Source of the DNA: Desulforegulaceae bacterium
GTDB taxonomy: Bacteria; Desulfobacterota; Desulfobacteria; Desulfobacterales; JACKCP01
Direction: 5' to 3'
DNA length: 64,000 bases
Assembly: GCA_034007295.1 (NCBI GenBank)
Contig: JAVERC010000002.1
Location: forward strand, 82,256-146,255
Part shown: piece by piece, positions 60,731-64,000 of the stretch
Layout of the letters: each line of letters starts with the position of its first letter
Numbering within the stretch: the stretch's first letter is position 1
Translations under genes and position numbers: made by a program
The notes under the pieces: model-generated
Told to the model about the DNA's origin: nothing
Seen by the model: the letters and a program-made list of their open reading frames with translations, nothing else
Database searches by the model: none

Positions 60731-61939
60731 ATGTCAGATATAAAAAAAGTTGTTCTTGCATATTCCGGAGGACTTGACACTTCAGTAATATTGAAGTGGC
60801 TCATTGAAACATATGAATGCGAAGTAATAGCCTATACAGCAGATTTGGGCCAGGAGGAAGAACTTGATTTTGTAGAGCCAAAAGCACTTAAAACAGGAGC
60901 TTCAAAGGTTTATATAGAAGATCTTAGGGAAGAATTTGTTAAAGATTATATTTTTCCGGCTTTTCGTGCAAATGCAATTTATGAGGGAAATTATCTTTTA
61001 GGAACTTCCATTGCAAGACCTCTTATTGCAAAAAAACAGGTTGAAATTGCAAGAAAAGAAGGTGCTGATGCAGTAAGTCACGGTGCAACAGGAAAAGGAA
61101 ACGATCAGGTAAGATTTGAACTTTCCTATCTTGCTCTTGAACCAAACATCAAGTGCATAGCCCCATGGAGAGACTGGGACTTAAATTCCAGAACTGCTCT
61201 CATGGCTTTTGCAAAAAAACATGGAATAGAGGTTCCTACAACAATTGAAAAGCCTTACTCAACAGACAGAAATATTTTACACATAAGTTATGAAGGCGGA
61301 GTCTTGGAAGATCCATGGGAATCTGCAACTGAAGATATGTATACAATGAGTATTCCTCCAGAAAAAGCTCCAGACAAGCCTGAAATAATTGAAATCGAGT
61401 TTGAAAACGGCGACCCTGTTGCAGTAAACGGTAAATATCTGTCTCCAGGAGTTCTTTTTGCAAAATTAAACCAGATTGCAGGACAAAACGGCATAGGAAG
61501 AATAGATCTTGTTGAAAACAGATTTGTTGGAATGAAGTCAAGGGGAGTATATGAAACTCCAGGCGGTACAATTTTGAGAAATGCACATATGGCAATTGAA
61601 TCAATTACACTTGACCGTGAAGTTGCACACATAAGAGATTCCCTTATTCCAAAATATGCCGAGCTTATCTACAACGGATTCTGGTTTTCACCTGAAATGA
61701 AAATGCTTCAGACCATGATAGACCATACTCAGCAGGTAGTATCAGGTACAGTTAAGATGAAGCTTTACAAGGGAAATTCCTATATTCTTGGAAGAAAATC
61801 TAAAAATTCACTTTACAACCCTGATATTGCAACCTTTGAAGAAGACAACAGAGCCTATAATCAAAAAGACGCAGAAGGATTTATACGCCTTAATGCGCTT
61901 CGTTTAAGAATTCAGGAAATGATGCGGAGGAGTTCATGA
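60731..61939 (+). CDS. argG: argininosuccinate synthase
   Basis: 402 aa: [22 protein letters not shown]. Confidence 0.95.
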   Translation: MSDIKKVVLAYSGGLDTSVILKWLIETYECEVIAYTADLGQEEELDFVEPKALKTGASKVYIEDLREEFVKDYIFPAFRANAIYEGNYLLGTSIARPLIAKKQVEIARKEGADAVSHGATGKGNDQVRFELSYLALEPNIKCIAPWRDWDLNSRTALMAFAKKHGIEVPTTIEKPYSTDRNILHISYEGGVLEDPWESATEDMYTMSIPPEKAPDKPEIIEIEFENGDPVAVNGKYLSPGVLFAKLNQIAGQNGIGRIDLVENRFVGMKSRGVYETPGGTILRNAHMAIESITLDREVAHIRDSLIPKYAELIYNGFWFSPEMKMLQTMIDHTQQVVSGTVKMKLYKGNSYILGRKSKNSLYNPDIATFEEDNRAYNQKDAEGFIRLNALRLRIQEMMRRSS

Positions 61940-63336
61940 GTTCCAAACTCTGGGGAGGGCGTTTTTCTGTAACAACTGACAAGGCTGTGGAAAAGTTTTC
62001 TTCTTCCATAGACTTTGATTCAGCCCTTTATAAGGAAGACATAAAGGGAAGTATTGCCCACTCAAAAATGCTTTCTGAGTGCGGTATCATATCAAAGGAA
62101 GATGCAAAAAAAATTGAGCAGGGTCTTTTAAAAATAGAAAAAAGAATAGAATCAGGTGATTTTTTACATGATGATTCACTTGAAGATATTCATATGCACA
62201 TTGAGTCTTATCTTACTGAAGAAATCGGCGATGCCGCAAGAAAGCTCCATACTGCAAGAAGCAGAAATGATCAGGTAGGACTCGATATAAGGCTTTACCT
62301 TAAAACTGTAATAAATGAAGTTGTGGAAGGTCTTTTTTATTTAAGAAAAAACTTTTATGAAAAAGCAGTTTTAAATATTGACACAATTTTACCTGGCTAT
62401 ACCCATATGCAAAGAGCCCAGCCTGTTTCTTTTGCCCATCATATGCTTGCATACTATGAAATGTTTACAAGGGATGCCTCAAGGTTTTTTGACTGCTTAA
62501 AAAGATTTGATGAAAATCCCTTAGGGTCTGCAGCCCTTGCAGGAACTCCCCATAAAATAGACAGAAAAAGAACAACTGAGCTTTTAAGTTTTTCAACCTA
62601 TACAAAAAACAGCATGGATGCAGTTTCAGACAGGGATTTTGTAATAGAGTTTTTGTCATGTGCATCAATATGCATGATGCATTTAAGCAGAATTTCAGAA
62701 GAACTTATTTTATGGTCAACATCTGAATTTTCCTTTGTAACCATTTCAGACGGTTTTACAACAGGAAGTTCTATTATGCCCCAAAAGAAAAATCCTGATA
62801 TTCCAGAACTTGTAAGGGGTAAAACAGGACGTGTTTACGGAAGTCTTGTTGCAATTTTAACTTTGATGAAATCCCTTCCAATGGCATATAACAGAGATAT
62901 GCAGGAAGACAAGCCCCCTTTGTTTGACGGTGCAAAAACTCTTTTGTCATGCATTGATATTTACAACAGAATGCTTCCTGAAATTAAGATAAACAAAGAC
63001 AAAATGCTTGAAGCAACAAAGTCAGGGTTTTTAAATGCAACAGATATGGCAGATTATCTTGTAGAAAAAAATGTGGCTTTCAGGGTTGCCCATGAAATTA
63101 CCGGAAAAGCTGTTGCTCTTGGCCTTGATAAGGGATGCGAACTTGAAAATCTAAGCCTTGATGATTTAAGGACAATATCAGATGTTTTTGATGATGATAT
63201 TTACTCATATCTTGATATAGAAGCTGTTGTAGATAAAAGAAAATCTCTTGGCGGCACATCAAGGGAAAATATTAAAAACGAACTAAAAAATATTGCAGAG
63301 CTTCTTGATGAAGAACAAAAGAAATTTAATTATTAG
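61936..63336 (+). CDS. argH: argininosuccinate lyase
   Basis: 466 aa: [19 protein letters not shown]. Confidence 0.95.
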   Translation: MSSKLWGGRFSVTTDKAVEKFSSSIDFDSALYKEDIKGSIAHSKMLSECGIISKEDAKKIEQGLLKIEKRIESGDFLHDDSLEDIHMHIESYLTEEIGDAARKLHTARSRNDQVGLDIRLYLKTVINEVVEGLFYLRKNFYEKAVLNIDTILPGYTHMQRAQPVSFAHHMLAYYEMFTRDASRFFDCLKRFDENPLGSAALAGTPHKIDRKRTTELLSFSTYTKNSMDAVSDRDFVIEFLSCASICMMHLSRISEELILWSTSEFSFVTISDGFTTGSSIMPQKKNPDIPELVRGKTGRVYGSLVAILTLMKSLPMAYNRDMQEDKPPLFDGAKTLLSCIDIYNRMLPEIKINKDKMLEATKSGFLNATDMADYLVEKNVAFRVAHEITGKAVALGLDKGCELENLSLDDLRTISDVFDDDIYSYLDIEAVVDKRKSLGGTSRENIKNELKNIAELLDEEQKKFNY

Positions 63337-63685
63337 TTTTGTTTTTGTCTGCCTTTTTTTTTCAGGCTGCGGAAGAAAGGCAATGCCTTTTGTTCCAGAA
63401 AAGGAAACAGTTCCAATGCCTGAAAATTTGGAAATTGTTTCAAAGGATCAAAACCATACTCTTTTTTTTGATTATAAAGGAAATGCAGATTATTTTGTTT
63501 TGGAACTTTCTAAAACAGAATGTGAGTCATGCCCTGATTCTTTTGTAAAGATTGCAGAAATCGAAGGCGAGCGTGATTATCATGTTTTTTCAGATTTTGG
63601 GCAGGGCCGTTATAAGCTGAGGCTTACAGCTGTAAAAAATGACAAAAAAAGCAAGTCTGCCTTAAAAGAATTTGAGATTAGGTAA
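63308..63685 (+). CDS. hypothetical small lipoprotein
   Basis: [21 protein letters not shown] lipobox. I prefer the ATG at 63308; the track ORF starts at 63293. It overlaps the argH end. Confidence 0.5.
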   Translation: MKNKRNLIISFVFVCLFFSGCGRKAMPFVPEKETVPMPENLEIVSKDQNHTLFFDYKGNADYFVLELSKTECESCPDSFVKIAEIEGERDYHVFSDFGQGRYKLRLTAVKNDKKSKSALKEFEIR

Positions 63686-64000
63686 TGGCTGATGTTTATT
63701 TAAGTCTTGGCTCTAATATTAAAAAAAGAACTGATAATTTAAAAAAAGCTCTTTTTTTTCTTGAAAATGAATTTGGCAGACTTAAAGTTTCTGATTTTTA
63801 TGAAACAGAACCTGTTGATTATAAGAAACAGTCAGATTTTATAAACTGCTGTGTTTTTTTAAAATCAGACCTAAGTCCTTATAAAATTTTTGAAATAACA
63901 AAAAATATTGAAAAAAAGATGGGCCAGGTTGAAAAAAAAATAAGGTTTGGCCCAAGAACTATAGATATTGACATAATATTTTATTCAGATGAAATAATTG
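63685..64000 (+). CDS. folK: 2-amino-4-hydroxy-6-hydroxymethyldihydropteridine diphosphokinase (partial; runs off the window)
   Basis: Hand translation gives MADVYLSLGSNIKKRTDNL...FYETEPVDY...RFGPRTIDIDII. The ATG overlaps the upstream TAA (TAATG). It is absent from the ORF track because no stop codon lies in the window. Confidence 0.8.
   Translation, partial: MADVYLSLGSNIKKRTDNLKKALFFLENEFGRLKVSDFYETEPVDYKKQSDFINCCVFLKSDLSPYKIFEITKNIEKKMGQVEKKIRFGPRTIDIDIIFYSDEII

Overview
AT-rich bacterial chromosomal window. Gene content and synteny look Desulfobacterota/deltaproteobacterial, but that is inference only. I call about 66 tightly packed protein genes, mostly on the + strand and mostly housekeeping. 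They are: moaC and a moaE-like gene; a nine-gene Che-like signalling cluster (3.4-10.9 kb); hisC-cmk-rpsA; sppA; tsaC; guaB; dnaE; a biotin operon (bioF, bioH-like, bioC, bioD, bioA) followed by a fabG paralog; yicC-remA-gmk; rlmB; folC; rpsU; adk; coaE; rho; rpmE-prfA-prmC; rpsB-tsf-pyrH-frr-uppS-cdsA-dxr-rseP; a PurS-fused purL plus purQ; a DEAD-box helicase; a tandem USP; manC; xerC-hslVU; argBDFGH; and folK (partial). I recognised no rRNA, tRNA, CRISPR array, transposase, phage or known defence genes. The most unusual content is non-coding. A ~145-bp self-complementary repeat (family A) occurs about 10 times, always intergenic, and 8 copies lie in the first 15 kb, including two inside the Che-like operon. 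A ~60-bp companion module (B) is found in both orientations, and there is a weaker third family (C). The architecture is MITE/ERIC/Correia-like, but I do not recognise the sequence. The Che-like cluster is also atypical: it has a STAS protein, three canonical receivers, a histidine-kinase-like protein whose H-box His is Asn, and CheD without CheB/CheR/CheC. All calls come from reading the ORF translations and the nucleotide sequence by eye. No database search was run.
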